DNA from: Octopus vulgaris
Lineage: Eukaryota
NCBI GenBank assembly: GCA_951406725.2
Contig: OX597823.1
Span: forward strand, 18,352,001-18,416,000
Length of the DNA: 64,000 nucleotides
Reading direction: 5' to 3'
The translations under genes and the position numbers were made by a program. The number at the start of each line of letters is the position of its first letter. Position 1 is the first letter of the stretch. Shown here piece after piece: positions 24,821 to 37,890 of this stretch. The notes beneath the pieces were generated by a model. The model searched no databases. It was given only the letters and a program-made list of their open reading frames with translations, and was not told where the DNA came from.

Positions 24821-27800
24821 AGATACACATACACATGTACACACCCACCAAGAGCCATATACACGCAGTATATACAATTTCATAATCATTCTAGAAATGT
24901 AGGAGCTGAAAAATACAACAGCTGTTTGTCATTGTGTTAGTGGAGCCGACAGTCTTGGAGAATGGTCTCGGATCAGTGACTTCACTTTCTACACTATTGC
25001 CGGCGCTTCAGAAATGGCAGACTTTTCAGATGACTACATTCACACATGGAATATAACACACACACACACACACACATGTACAAATATCTTTCTTTTAACA
25101 CATACATATTCATATATGGTAAATACACATAAAAGTGTATATGCATGCATATTGTATCTTGGGAAGGTCAAATAGTTTTATATATACATATATATTATAT
25201 ATAAACATAATAGATGTAGTAAAGTGAAGAAGAGAAAAAGTACTCGAAACTTGTCACAGAGGTCAAATATTTGTATTAGCAGATTGTTATTTAAATCCAC
25301 ATTACTCAAAGTTTCATGGACAGTGAAACACATCTGATCCTTCAGATGCTGTTGATCTAAGAAGCAAGGCAATCATATGTTCGAAAGAAGATTGATAACC
25401 ATTGTAAGTATGTTCCTGTCTACACATCACTTCGAACGATGTACACTAGGACAGAAAAAATACAGCTCTTGTTCCAGTCATCCACATGTGAATTGATTCT
25501 GGTAGTAACTGTTAAAATGAATCAAGCTATTTGTTGAAGGTATTCTGTTTTCCCAAGGAAGTGATTTATAGAGTGACCCTATTTTTATGAGATGGCAGCC
25601 ATGAGAATTACACATGACTCACAATCAATAAGTTCAAAGCCATACAATGTCAGTTCTATGGGCAGAGAAAATTTCACATCTTGACCTGTTTTATCTTGAG
25701 ATTTTGGATCCAAAGAAGTGACCTACCCAGCACCATCTGGAGCACACTCATCAAAGCCTCCTCCTTATTCACATGGAGCACCAATTTGCTGTCCTTGTCT
25801 CTCTCTCTCTCTGACAAACTACACATATAGAAAGACACTGTAGTATTTTAACAAGAAGGTTCCATTTTCATACTACTGCCAGCAACGAAACTCCCTAGCA
25901 GTTAATTTTAAGGCATTAGATCAGGGGTTCTCAACCATTTTTTATCTTTGGACCCAACTCTGATCGCTATTTTATTCTAGTCGACCCCTGTAGCCATTCA
26001 ATGTTTAAAAACTAATTTTATGACATGTGAAAAGCACCATTCTAGCATGATCATTGCCAGCGTCGCATTACCGACACGTGAAAAACAACATTCAAGCGTG
26101 GTTGTTGACAGTGCCGCCAGACTGACTCCTGTGCAGGTAGCACGTAAAAACACCTTTTGAGCGCAAGCATGGTCATTGCCAGAACCGCCTGACTGGCCCT
26201 CATACTGGGGGTACGGAAAAAGCACCCACTACACTCTTGGAGTGGTTGGCGTTAACACACCAGCATCGGTTGTCAAGCAATGTTGGGGGGACAAACACAG
26301 ACTCACAAACACACATATATATACATATACATATATACAACGGGCTTCTTTCGGTTTCCGTCTACCAAATCCACTCACAAGGCTTTGGTCAGCCTGAGGC
26401 TATAGTGGAAGATACTTGCCCAAGATGCCACGCAGTGGGACTGAAGCCAGAACCATGTGGTTGGTAAGCAAGCTACTTACCACACAGCCACTCCTGCTTT
26501 AATCAACTGCATAACCTGGTCCTGAATTAGCAAGTAATTAACTGAGCATTCTACAATCACATGTTAACATTATTTTTGAGCAGATTCAGCATTATACAGT
26601 GTGTGACAAGGGTATACCTTTTGAATTACAGGTACAGTCTATCCAATAGGATTCTCTACAGTTTCCATCTATCTAGTTTCTCCCATAAGGTATGGACTGG
26701 CTCAAAGCATAAGAAAATAACATTTGCTCAAAACCCCATGCAGTGTGATGAGACTCTGAACTTTGCGAGTGTAAAACAAACACATTGACCTTTGGCCATA
26801 CTGTGCCTACACGTGTGTGCATGTATGTGCATTGCATGTGTATGTGTGTGTGAGTGTGTGCATGCATGCATGCCTGCATACCATTATACTGATTTACTGG
26901 TTTTGTGACACAAACCCTACCTGTTGAGGCAAGTGAAAATCAAAATCAAAATCGAAATCGATCAACATCAATGGAAATTGTAGCTGTGATACCAGTGCCG
27001 GTGGCACGTAAGAGAACCATCCGAATGTGGCCATTGCCAGTGCCAGCCCGACTGGCCTCCGTGCTGGTGGCACGTAAAAAGCACCATCCGGTCATGGCCA
27101 TTTGCCAGCCTCATCTAGCACCTGTGCAGGTGGCACGTAAAAAGCACCCACTACTCTCACGGAGTGGTTGGCGTTAGGAATGGCATCCAGCTGTAGAAAC
27201 TCTGCCAGATTAGACTGGGCCTGGCACAGCCTTCTGGTTTCCCAGACCCCAGTTGAACCGTCCAACCCATGCTAGCATTTAAAAAACGGACGTTAAACGA
27301 TGATGATGATGATGATGATGAATCGCTGAATAGTGGGTATACTTCAAGGGCAGTTAACTAAATCAAAACCAGATTGTATGATGCCTGTGTATGAAGTGCA
27401 ATGCTGCATGGTAGAGAAACATGAACACTTAATGTGAATGATGTGCAAAGACTGGAAAGGAATGAAGCAAGTGTGCTCCAGTAGATGTTTAATGTTAGTG
27501 GGTATGAATGATGGAGGAGTGAAAAAAGAAAATTAGCTGAGAGAATTACTGGGTAAGAAACTAAATCATAAAGATGGGTGGATGTGTGTGGGTGTGTATT
27601 CATGTATGTATAATGTAAAGCCAGGAAATGGTTATATTCATTAATAATTTAACCAAAATATACATTCTCCCACGTCACATATATGTACAGACATAGACAT
27701 TCACACACACACACATATTTTTGTATGTGTATATAAATATTATATTACATATAACATACACATGAAGGTATATATATATATATATGATGTATGAATACAT

Positions 27801-28580
27801 ATATATATGTATGTGTGGATGTATGTGAAAAAATATATATGTATTATATATATATATATAATATATATGTATGTATATATATAGATATATATAAATAAGT
27901 ACTTAAACATAAATAAGCTGATACATCTAAATATGTCAGCTTGGTTGTGCGTAAATATGTATATATGAATGTATATACATATCAGTGTGTGTATGTGTGT
28001 CAGTACATACCATTCCTCTATATGAGCAGATAATATTGCATTTTTAAAAATTCAGCAGAATGAACAAAAATTCTTTGACTCTCTAGCAGAAGTCAGAAAA
28101 TATTTGGGGTATATCCCTAGGCATCGATAACTTCGAGATAGGGGGGTAACACCTACTTTATTTCTATCGTAAGGGTAGGCTAAGATTATATATCAAATGG
28201 AACGACACTTCCTCTTGGAATTGGTAAGCTGAGGAATAGCTGATGGAAGCTTAAATGATGCCAAGATAATTGAGTTCTAAGACTGTAACTGGAATATTTC
28301 AGTGAAAGTAGGGTTTTAAATTATGTCCAGCATTTATTAACCGCATTAGCAGCACCGATTATGCATTCATATGTAAACATATTTGTATGTGTGTATGTAT
28401 GTATGTATGTATGTACATATGTACTCTTTTATTGTTTCAATCATTCAATCATTTGACTGTGGCCACGTGAGTGGATTTGGTAGACGGAAACTCAAAGAAG
28501 CCTGTCGTGTATATATATATATATATATATAAATAGATGAAAGAATGGAGTTGAACGACGATTTAACAAAATTCCTTTAT

Positions 28581-28661
28581 TCTCGACATATGTTTCAAAG
28601 ACTGCATATTCCTAATTCCAAAGGAATAAGGGGTGCATTATGCCACCTTCTCATCAGGAAA
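28581..28661 (-). ncRNA. Type I hammerhead ribozyme motif (sense to host pre-mRNA)
   Basis: Minus strand TTTC CTGATGA GAAGGTGGCAT...ATGCAGTCTTT GAAA CATATG TC GAGA: palindromic stem III ACATATGT, triplet GTC. Confidence 0.75.
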
Positions 28662-28752
28662 GACAAGGAACTTATGTCAGCATCATGACGAAAAAAAATT
28701 TTTAGATGACTGCCCACACGGAGTCCATAGTAGGATAATTCATTCAACTACT

Positions 28753-28813
<61 letters not shown>

Positions 28814-29943
28814 AGGTTTGGAGATGATGTACACGTATTATATATTAGAAGAAATGAGGTACTCAGAAAATCGGATGGTTTATATTTATAGATATTTATT
28901 TGTATATTACATTTTTTATATATATCATATAACTTAGATCATGTATTAGCGCTTTCTCCCATTCTAGTGGGGTTTCAAATCAAACTAAGTTATATATATA
29001 CATATATATATATGTATGTGTGTATGTATGTGTGTGTATATGTTTGTGTGTCTGTGTTAGTCCCCCCAACATCGCTTGACAACCAATGGTCGTGTGTTTA
29101 TGTCCTCCCCGTAACTTAGTGGTTCAGCAAAAGAGACGGCTAGAATAGTTACTAGGCTTCCAAAGAATAAGCCCCGGGGTTGATTTGCTTGACTAAAGGC
29201 AGTGCTCCAGCATGGCCACAGTCAAATGACTGAAACAAGTAAAAGAGTGAAAAGAGTATATATATATATATACACACACACACATATACACACATGTGCA
29301 CATGTGTGCATATGTATGCATATGTATGTATGTGTGTGTGTGTGTCTGTGTGTGTGTGTATACACACACAAAGTAATGTATTTCTAAACAAAGGCAACGC
29401 CTGTGTTCATAAATAACTTGACCAATGAGACATGGATTTCTCTTCAAATTTCATTTTCTCTTATGTCTGACACTCTATTCCAGACAAAACAAAATACTGC
29501 AGTTTGCTTATACGAAGTATTTTCAATATAAACAATATTTTCAGCTAATCCTATACTCGGGACTAGAATGATTAATATGTTATTCCAACAGCCAACACTT
29601 GAACAGTGAGAAACGGGTGTGCTTCTATGTACTCTGTACTCTCTCTTTTTACTCTTTTACTTGCTTCAGTCGTTTGACTGTGGCCATGCTGGAGCACCGC
29701 CTTTAGTCGAGCAAATCAACCCCAGGACTTATTCTTTGTAAGCCTTGTACTTATTCTATCGGTCTCTTTTGCTGAACCACTAAGTTACGGGGACGTAAAC
29801 ACACCAGCATCGGTTGTCGAGCAATGTTGAGGGGACAAATACAGAAACTCTGCCAGATTAGATCGGAGCCTGGTGAAGCCATCTGGTTTGCCAGTCCTCA
29901 GTCAAATCGTCCAACCCATGCTAGCATGGAAAGTGGACGTTAA

Positions 29944-29976
<33 letters not shown>

Positions 29977-30063
29977 ATTATTCAGGTCACTGCCTGGAAT
30001 CGAAGTCAGAATCTTGGGGTTAGTAGCCTGCGCTCTTAACCACTACGCCATATGCCCGTGGGC

Positions 30064-30129
<66 letters not shown>

Positions 30130-30176
30130 TTGAAAAATACCTTAGGAGTGAGAACCCAGGTTCGAAATTTCCCGAA

Positions 30177-30222
30177 GACACCTGATGAAGGCTGGAGGGT
30201 ATATCAGCCAAAATGTTGTGTT
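30177..30222 (+). ncRNA. Degenerate minimal hammerhead motif
   Basis: GACAC CTGATGA AGGCTGG agggtata TCAGCC AAAA TGTT GTGTT; GAAA is changed to AAAA; follows a (TAA)n tract. Confidence 0.55.
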
Positions 30223-30655
30223 AACAAACAAAATGAGGACAAATATCTATCAAATGTAAATAATGTAAATAATGCATTTTTCTGTCTTGCAGATCATTAA
30301 GCAGCTTCACCAGTACTAGTTGCACAAAAAAAAAAAAAAACAGGCACCCAGGACACATGGTAATAAGGTTGGCATTAGGAAGGACATCCAGCAGTAGAAA
30401 CCATACCAAAGCTGACACTGGAATTTAGCGCAGCCTTGCAGCTCACCAGATCGCATCAAACTGTCCAAAACATGCTAGCTGTAAAACACATGATAGATGA
30501 TGATGGTAATGATGATGGTAATGATGATGAATGAATGACAGTGTGGCTCATTTTTAGACTAATAATTCCTGAAATCTTTTCAACATTACACTCAACTTAC
30601 TTTAAGAAAAATACATAGGTCACATTAGATAATGTAGCCCTAAATATAATATGTA

Positions 30656-31095
30656 CTAGCTGGCCCCATGCCGTAAAAAATGATGGCTAATTGTAGTATT
30701 TTATATATAAAGATGGATGATAAATCAAATTAATACACTTGTCAATGTTATCTGGTTGTTGTCTTTTGAGATGTGACATCGATCATTGTTTGTTACTGAA
30801 AGAATGCTAGTTCACACATGCAAACATTCACATACTTCCGTTGTACATGCACACACATATACTCACACAGAGTTGAAACGCTGCATGATTTTTCTTTTTA
30901 GTGTTGAATGTTCACCATCCCACTTCCATTGCACACACACAAACATTCTCATACACACACATATACTCACACAGAGTTGAAACGCTCCCTCAACCAGTTT
31001 GCCATCACCCCTTCCTTCCTTATTCATCTCTTACCCCTTCCTTTTTCCTTCAGATGTTGTGACAGAGAAAAACACAAGAGTATTATTATAGTAGA
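30656..31095 (-). mobile_element. Non-autonomous Helitron
   Basis: Minus strand A|TCTACTATAATAATA...CTAG|T, subterminal hairpin GCCGT...ATGGC, and an internal duplication of ACACACATATACTCACACAGAGTTGAAACGCT. Confidence 0.75.
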
Positions 31096-33952
31096 TAATG
31101 AGATGGACATTCAAAACTAAAATAACTTTGTACATAAGTTTGCATGATCAGCAGTGACTATAAGATGGAAAAAAATAAAAAAACAACCACAGCAACAACT
31201 ATAAGAATATTGGTTTCTAACCAGACACAAGGCCTTGAAATCAAGATATAGGTATCATCATCAATTAAACTGAATCCTTTAATTGATTGATATTTTATTC
31301 GATTGGCCCCAGAAAGATGAAAGACAAAATTGGCCTCCAGTGTGATTTGAACTCAAAATGTAAAGGTCCATAACTAAATAGTGCAAAGCATTGTAGCAAA
31401 TCTGAATTGTAGCACTGTAGCAAGATTGGAGAAAATCTGCCAATGTGATTTTTGAAAGAGAGAACTTCTAGAATTTCTTCAAACCCCAATGGACGAAGTA
31501 GGATTATTAGGTGAGATTAATCTAGAGATTACTAAATGAAACAGACATATGTATTTATGTTCAAGTACTTATGAACTCAGTCAGGATGGTGTGGTTCTGA
31601 GAAAATTGTCTTATGATTATATTGCTTCAAGTTCAATCCCACACCACGGTACCTTGGATAAGTGACTGTCTTCGACTACAGTAGCATCATCAAGCTGACA
31701 AAGACTTCCAGAGCAGAATTTGGTAAATGGAAATCTCTTTTACTCTTTTACTTGTTTCAAGTAATTTGACTGCAGCCATGCTGGAGCACCGCCTTTAGTC
31801 GAGCAAATCAACCCCAGGACTTATTCTTTGTAAGCCTAGTACTTATTCTATTGGTCTCTTTTGCTGAACCGCTAAGTTACAGGGACGCAAACACACCAGC
31901 ATCGGTTGTCAAGCAATGTTGGGGGCACAAACACAGACACACAAACATATACACACACATACACATATATATACATGTATACGACGAGCTTCTTTCAGTT
32001 TCTGTCTACCAAATCCACTCAGAAGGCTTTGGTCGGCCCAAGGCTATAGTAGAAGACACTTGCCCAAGGTGCCACGCAGTGGGACTGAACCTGGAACCAT
32101 GTGGTTTGTAAGCAAGCTGCTTACCACACAGCCACTCCTACACCTGTCTATCATATATTGGCTACTTTATTGAGAAAGATTAAAATCAAAATCTAGAATA
32201 CACATTTACTCTAGTCATTGAAATACTCTTTTACAGACCAAGCTGGAGCAACTGCCATATACTTGTAATAACTATAAGTTGGTATGGACATGGCTATGTG
32301 GTTGAAAAGCTTGATTCCAGTCATGTGATCTTAAGTTCACTCCCACTGGGTGACACCTTGGACAAGTGTCTTCTATTATAGCCCTAATAAATAAAATAAA
32401 TAAATGCGCCCTTTTAAAGCCTAGCCAAGCTCAAGGGCCTGGTTTCCCAGTTTCAATGGCGTATGTGTTCCCCAGCTGCACAGGACGCCAGTCCATCGCA
32501 GCATTACTCATTTTTGCAAGCTGAGTAGACTGACGCAACGTATCGCCCGGTCCAGGAATCGAAACCACAATTTTACGATCATGATACTGACACCCTAACC
32601 ACTAAGCCAGGCGCCTCCATTTCATTATAGCCCTGGGTTGACAAAAACCTTATTAATGAATTCAGTAGATGGCATCTGAAAAAAAGGAGTGCTCTGTGTG
32701 TGTGTGTGTGTGCCCTGTCTTAGCATCATTTGGTGGTTGTAAACAAGTGGCATCATCATACAAGAGATGTTGCTCAACGTGTCTGGCCATGGGAAATATT
32801 AGCTTCTTGGGGAACAGATGAAGGTTTGTGACTGGAAAGGTACCCAGCCGCAAAATGTCTGTCTCAACAAATTCCATCTGACCTATGGACATTAAATGAC
32901 AATGATGATGTTGATGATGATGATGTGTCGATAAAACAAAGCTTAGAGTCAATATGAACACCTAAAATTGGTGCACCAGCATGGCCACAGTCCAGTAACT
33001 GTAAACCAGTGAAGGAATAAAAACACAAAATAAAAAATATTTTACTGAAGTTTTCAGCAAGATATCAAATTGCAAATTTTATTGTGCAAAACTTGCATTT
33101 TTTTAATATTTTGTTGTTTTTTTTCTTCTTTATTTTCATGTTCCTTGACATAAAGAAATGTAATCTGGGTGGTTGATATACTTAGATGACATGTATATAC
33201 AACAGGATATGACGATATGAAGCAACATGGAGTGTGGTAGGGTTTTAGCTTGTTGGTGAAAGAAAATGTTTGCAGGAATGTTAAGTTCCAAGCTGAAAAC
33301 TGATTCTTTTAGTTTACTAATCTGATCTAATACCTTTAAGATTGTGTCGGGTGTTGTTGGTGTTGTTCTTGTTGTTGGTAACGGTGTTACTGTTGTTCAT
33401 GCCATTGCTTAACCCCAGGTCAAACCTAATTAAACAGACTTATGATCAGAAACATTCCAACCATATCACCATCATCATCACCATCATCATCATCATCATC
33501 ATCATTGTCGTCATCATCATCATCATCGTTTTAATGCTCATTTTTCCATGCTTGCATGGGACAAATGGAATTCATTGAGGCAGATTCTTCTATGGCTAGC
33601 TGCCCTTCCTCTACCCTAACCGTCACCCATTTCCAAGCAAGGTAACGTTTCTCCATCTCCAGATGTTTGCACAGAAGATTGAAAACAAAGGGGACCATTC
33701 ATATGATAGTCATACTTGCTCGCAACTATCACACAAAGACAAGGCAAGGAGATAGTAATACAAATACACGCACATATACGACAGGCTTCTTTCAGTTTCC
33801 ATCTACCAAAGCCACTCACAAAGTTTCGGCCAGCAATGGAGTTATAGTAGAAGACACCTGCCCAAGGTGCCATGCAGTGGAACTGAACCTGGACCCATGC
33901 TAGTTGGAAAGCAAACATCTCACCACATAACCACACCTGTGCCTCATTTATT

Positions 33953-34782
33953 CATACATACATACATACATACATACATACATACATACATACATACATA
34001 CATACATACATACATACATACATACATACATGCAGACATACATACATACATACATACATACATACATACATACATACATACATACATACATGCATGCATA
34101 CATACATACATACATACATACATACATACATACATACATACATACATACAAACAAACAAACAAACAAACAACTGGTTTGAAACCGCCAGCTTCTATATCC
34201 AGACTATGAATTCATATTCCTACCAATAATAATTGGAGCACTAGGTTTTGTTAGTAAATGCTTAAAGGAGAATCTGGATAAACTGGGATTTTCAGAAAGA
34301 GAAATCGACTGGCTGATTCGTATATTACAAGTGCAATCTGTGAGTGGAACAATAAAAATATGCAAGACTTTTCTCAAGTTCTACATGTGAATTTGTCTGT
34401 GTTAACTACATCCCAAAGATGGGACCTTGTATCCTTGATGGATATCGGCTTCCTCTTCAGTGGAAGATTTATGACAATTAAAAAATAGAAGAGAGAGACA
34501 TACATACATACATGCATGCATGCAAGCATACATACATACATACATACATACATACATACATGCATGCATGCATGCATGCAAGCATACATACATACATACA
34601 TACATACATACATGCATGCATGCAAGCATGCATACATACATACATACATGCATGTATGCATGCATGCATGCATGCATGCAAGCATACATACATACATACA
34701 TACATACATACATACATACATACATACATACATACATACATACGTACATACATACATGCATGCATGCATGCATGCATGCAAG

Positions 34783-34814
<32 letters not shown>

Positions 34815-34832
34815 CATACATACATACATACA
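33953..34832. repeat. Two (CATA)n/(CATG)n microsatellite arrays (33953-34170 and 34498-34832)
   Basis: Read directly from the sequence. Confidence 0.95.
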
Positions 34833-36158
34833 TTGTTGTTGTTTCCTTTATTCTGTACAGAATTTAAAAAGTGGTAGAACAAAGAGAGAAACTGAAGGAA
34901 TGTCCTACAGATCTGACTTGACACTTGCCACAGAATGGACTCTGCTAAAAGCATGAAAGGGTCAAGTGGGCAATAGACAAGTTTCTTACAAGTTTCTGTT
35001 GACCATTTTTCTAAGCCATTCTACACCTGATAAATTCCATCCTATTATCTTAAAAAAAAGGGTAAGAGAACACATTAGATAATGTACTCCTAGATACATT
35101 ACATCTGAATGAAAGACAAACTAATTACAACTAGAACAAATTAACCATAAGTCTACTGGTCAGAGGTCAACTGGGCTAAACAGCAAAAATATGTTTGTGT
35201 GGCCTTCCATAGATGTAGTTACCCAGAAATCACTCAACCGCTAACAACCCCCACCACCTACACTGTTTTAAAAAGTACAATTTCTTTATGCTTTTAGTCA
35301 GAGGAGAAGGAAGAGGAAACCATGTCCTTTCAATAAGGCTTCTGAGACTGGTAGAAGACAGGAAGGAAGTCCTGGAATATTCTGGAGATCTGTCTGAAAG
35401 CCTACCATAGAGTGAATTCTACTAAAGATATCCTAAGTGTCAAGGGGTTTGCAGCAATTTTATGAGCATATTGCTTGCTTCAGTAGGTTTTGTTGAGCCT
35501 TGTGATGCATCACCAATTGATGCATTTAGTGGTGAATCAATGTTCTTTCTTCTTTCTTCCTCCTTGTCTTCTTTTTTGTTTTTTTTTTCTTCATTCATGT
35601 TTGTGTTTCCTTTGGTTTTAGATTTGATTTGTATTTTAAGATGGTTTCGTATTATATATGTATCATACACATGTGCGCTATATACTCTTTACTCTTTACT
35701 CTTTTACTTGTTTCAGTCATTTTTACTGCAGCCATGCTGGAGCACCACCTTTAATCGAGCAACTCGACCCCGGGACTTATTCTTTTGTAAGACCAGTACT
35801 TATTCTATCGGTCTCTTTTGCCGAACCGCTAAGTAACGGGGACATAAACACACCAGCATCGGTTGTCAAGCGATGTTGGGGGGACAAACACAGATACACA
35901 AACATAAGCACACACATACATATATACAATGGGCTTCTTTCAGTTTCCGTCTACCAAATCCACTCACAAGGCTTTGGTCGGCCCGAGGCTATTGTAGAAG
36001 ACACTTGCCCAAGGTGCCACGCAGTGGGACTGAACCCGGAACCATGTGGTTGGTAAACAAGCTACTTACCACACAGCCACTCCTTATATACGTAATTATT
36101 AAATTCAAATCTTAATTTTCTAAAAAAAACAAAATTATAAAGATTAAATCCACAAACC

Positions 36159-36515
36159 AAAGACAGGAACAAACACAATTTAAAAGATACTGGCCAGGCT
36201 TAGGCTACAGAAGGAGACAGACACTTGCCGCCAGATGTCACACTGTGGCATAAAACTCAGAGTCATGTAGTTCTTAAGCTAAGTTTTAAAGAACACAGCT
36301 ATATGCGTATCTACAGTGGAAGTTCTTACTGGTTTATTAAAGACAGGAACAGACACAATTTAAAAGATTACTGGCCAGGCTTAGGCTACAGAAGGAGACA
36401 GGCACTTGCCGCCAGATGTCACACTGTGGCATAAAACTCAGAGTCATGTAGTTCTTAAGCTAACTTTTAAAGAACATAGCCATATGCGTACTTACAGTGG
36501 AAGTTCTTACTGGTT
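36159..36515. repeat. Tandem duplication with unit of about 180 bp
   Basis: AAAGACAGGAAA/C...GGAAGTTCTTACTGGTT occurs twice (36159 and 36339) with few differences; the unit contains a decayed family-A SINE head. Confidence 0.9.
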
Positions 36516-36747
36516 GATTTTTTTCTACTAGACATAACAACAACAAAAAAAAGCAGACAGTACAGTACAGTATTCATTAATAATTACTGAGTGTAATAGA
36601 GAATACATTGGCATTTACTGTAATAGTGTACACATAAAGTATAGTACATGTAAACATTTAGTACAACACAGTAGAAATAAATGAAAAATGGGATGTGACA
36701 AAAGTACATGTCAGCTTGGAATTTATATGTATCATAATAAAAATAAA

Positions 36748-36795
<48 letters not shown>

Positions 36796-36878
36796 TGAAG
36801 ATATATATTACAATATACACACACACGCACACATACACACACACACACAGAAGACATATATTACAATATTACTAACTT

Positions 36879-36923
<45 letters not shown>

Positions 36924-37556
36924 GTGCGTGTGTATGCATGTGTTCTAACACACTTTTTTCAATACCACACACATACACAACATACACACATATATAGTGT
37001 AAGAGAAAGAAAGACACACGGACATGTGTATGTGTGCACAAACACGCATTCATACTTACGCCCACAATTGCTGCACCATTAATATATACTTAGATATTTT
37101 TTATTGCATTCCACTCTCTCTCTTTCTTACACACACATTACAAAATTTATTTCAATGTACATATGTAACACTTACAACATATGCTAAAATATTCTTAGTT
37201 TTATCTACATACAACTAAGTTAATACCACCACAACATCATATCTTGCTTTTTAATGTATTTCCATTAGTTTTAATTTTATTCTAACAGAAAAACAGATTT
37301 TGCTTTTTAAATTTTGTCTAACATCTTAACTAAAGTAATCCATAACCTTTTTGTTACCAACCCAGGACCACCCATAATTCTGATATGAATTACCTCTTTT
37401 AAAATGATATAAATTATAACGTTCCTTCAATTTCCACATTGACTTGTGTTTCAAAAACTAGCTTGATAATGATAAAGTTATTTCAATCAAGTTTTCGTTA
37501 TTTTCAAAACTTGAGAAGACTGGCCCACCACAACAGAATTGAGACCCTAAAACCAA

Positions 37557-37890
37557 GGTGCCATGGCTCAGTGGTTAGAGCGTCGAGATTACGATCGTGA
37601 GGTTGTGAGCTCGAATCCCGGACCGGGCTGCGTGTTGTGTTCTTGAGCAAGACACTTTATTTCACGTTGCTCCAGTTCACTCAGCTGTAGAAATGAGTTG
37701 CGACGTCACGGGTGCCAAGCTGTATCGGCCCTTCCCTTTCCCTTGGATAACACTGGTGGCGTGGAGAGAGGAGGCCGGTATGCATGGGCGACTGCTGGTC
37801 ATCCATAAACCACCTTGCCCAGACTTGTGACTAGGAGGGTAACTTTCTAGGTGCAATCCCATGGTCAGTGTCGTGACTGAAGGGGGTCCC
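37557..37890 (+). mobile_element. tRNA-derived SINE family E (CORE/V-like body)
   Basis: TGGCTCAGTGGTTAGAGCG A box, TCGAATCCC B box, then GTGTTCTTGAGCAAGACACTT. Related copies at about 17820-18160(-), 48600-48935(-), 20195-20342, 4070-4320(-), 32400-32620(-), 51478-51780, 56372-56650 and 60260-60662(-). Confidence 0.85.

Noticed and set aside
22986-24940. Long ORFs of 350-626 aa on both strands
   Set aside because: They arise from a stop-free 36-bp minisatellite open in all frames, with no splice signals or coding-like asymmetry.
25623-25722. Possible minus-strand exon (VTSLDPKSQDKTGQDVKFSLPIELTLYGFELID, GTGAGT donor)
   Set aside because: No pyrimidine tract at the acceptor, and its phase-1 donor does not fit exon D.
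37560-37630. tRNA gene-like sequence (also about 51480-51550 and 56375-56445)
   Set aside because: A and B boxes run directly into a repeated SINE body and the acceptor stem is incomplete; these are SINE heads.
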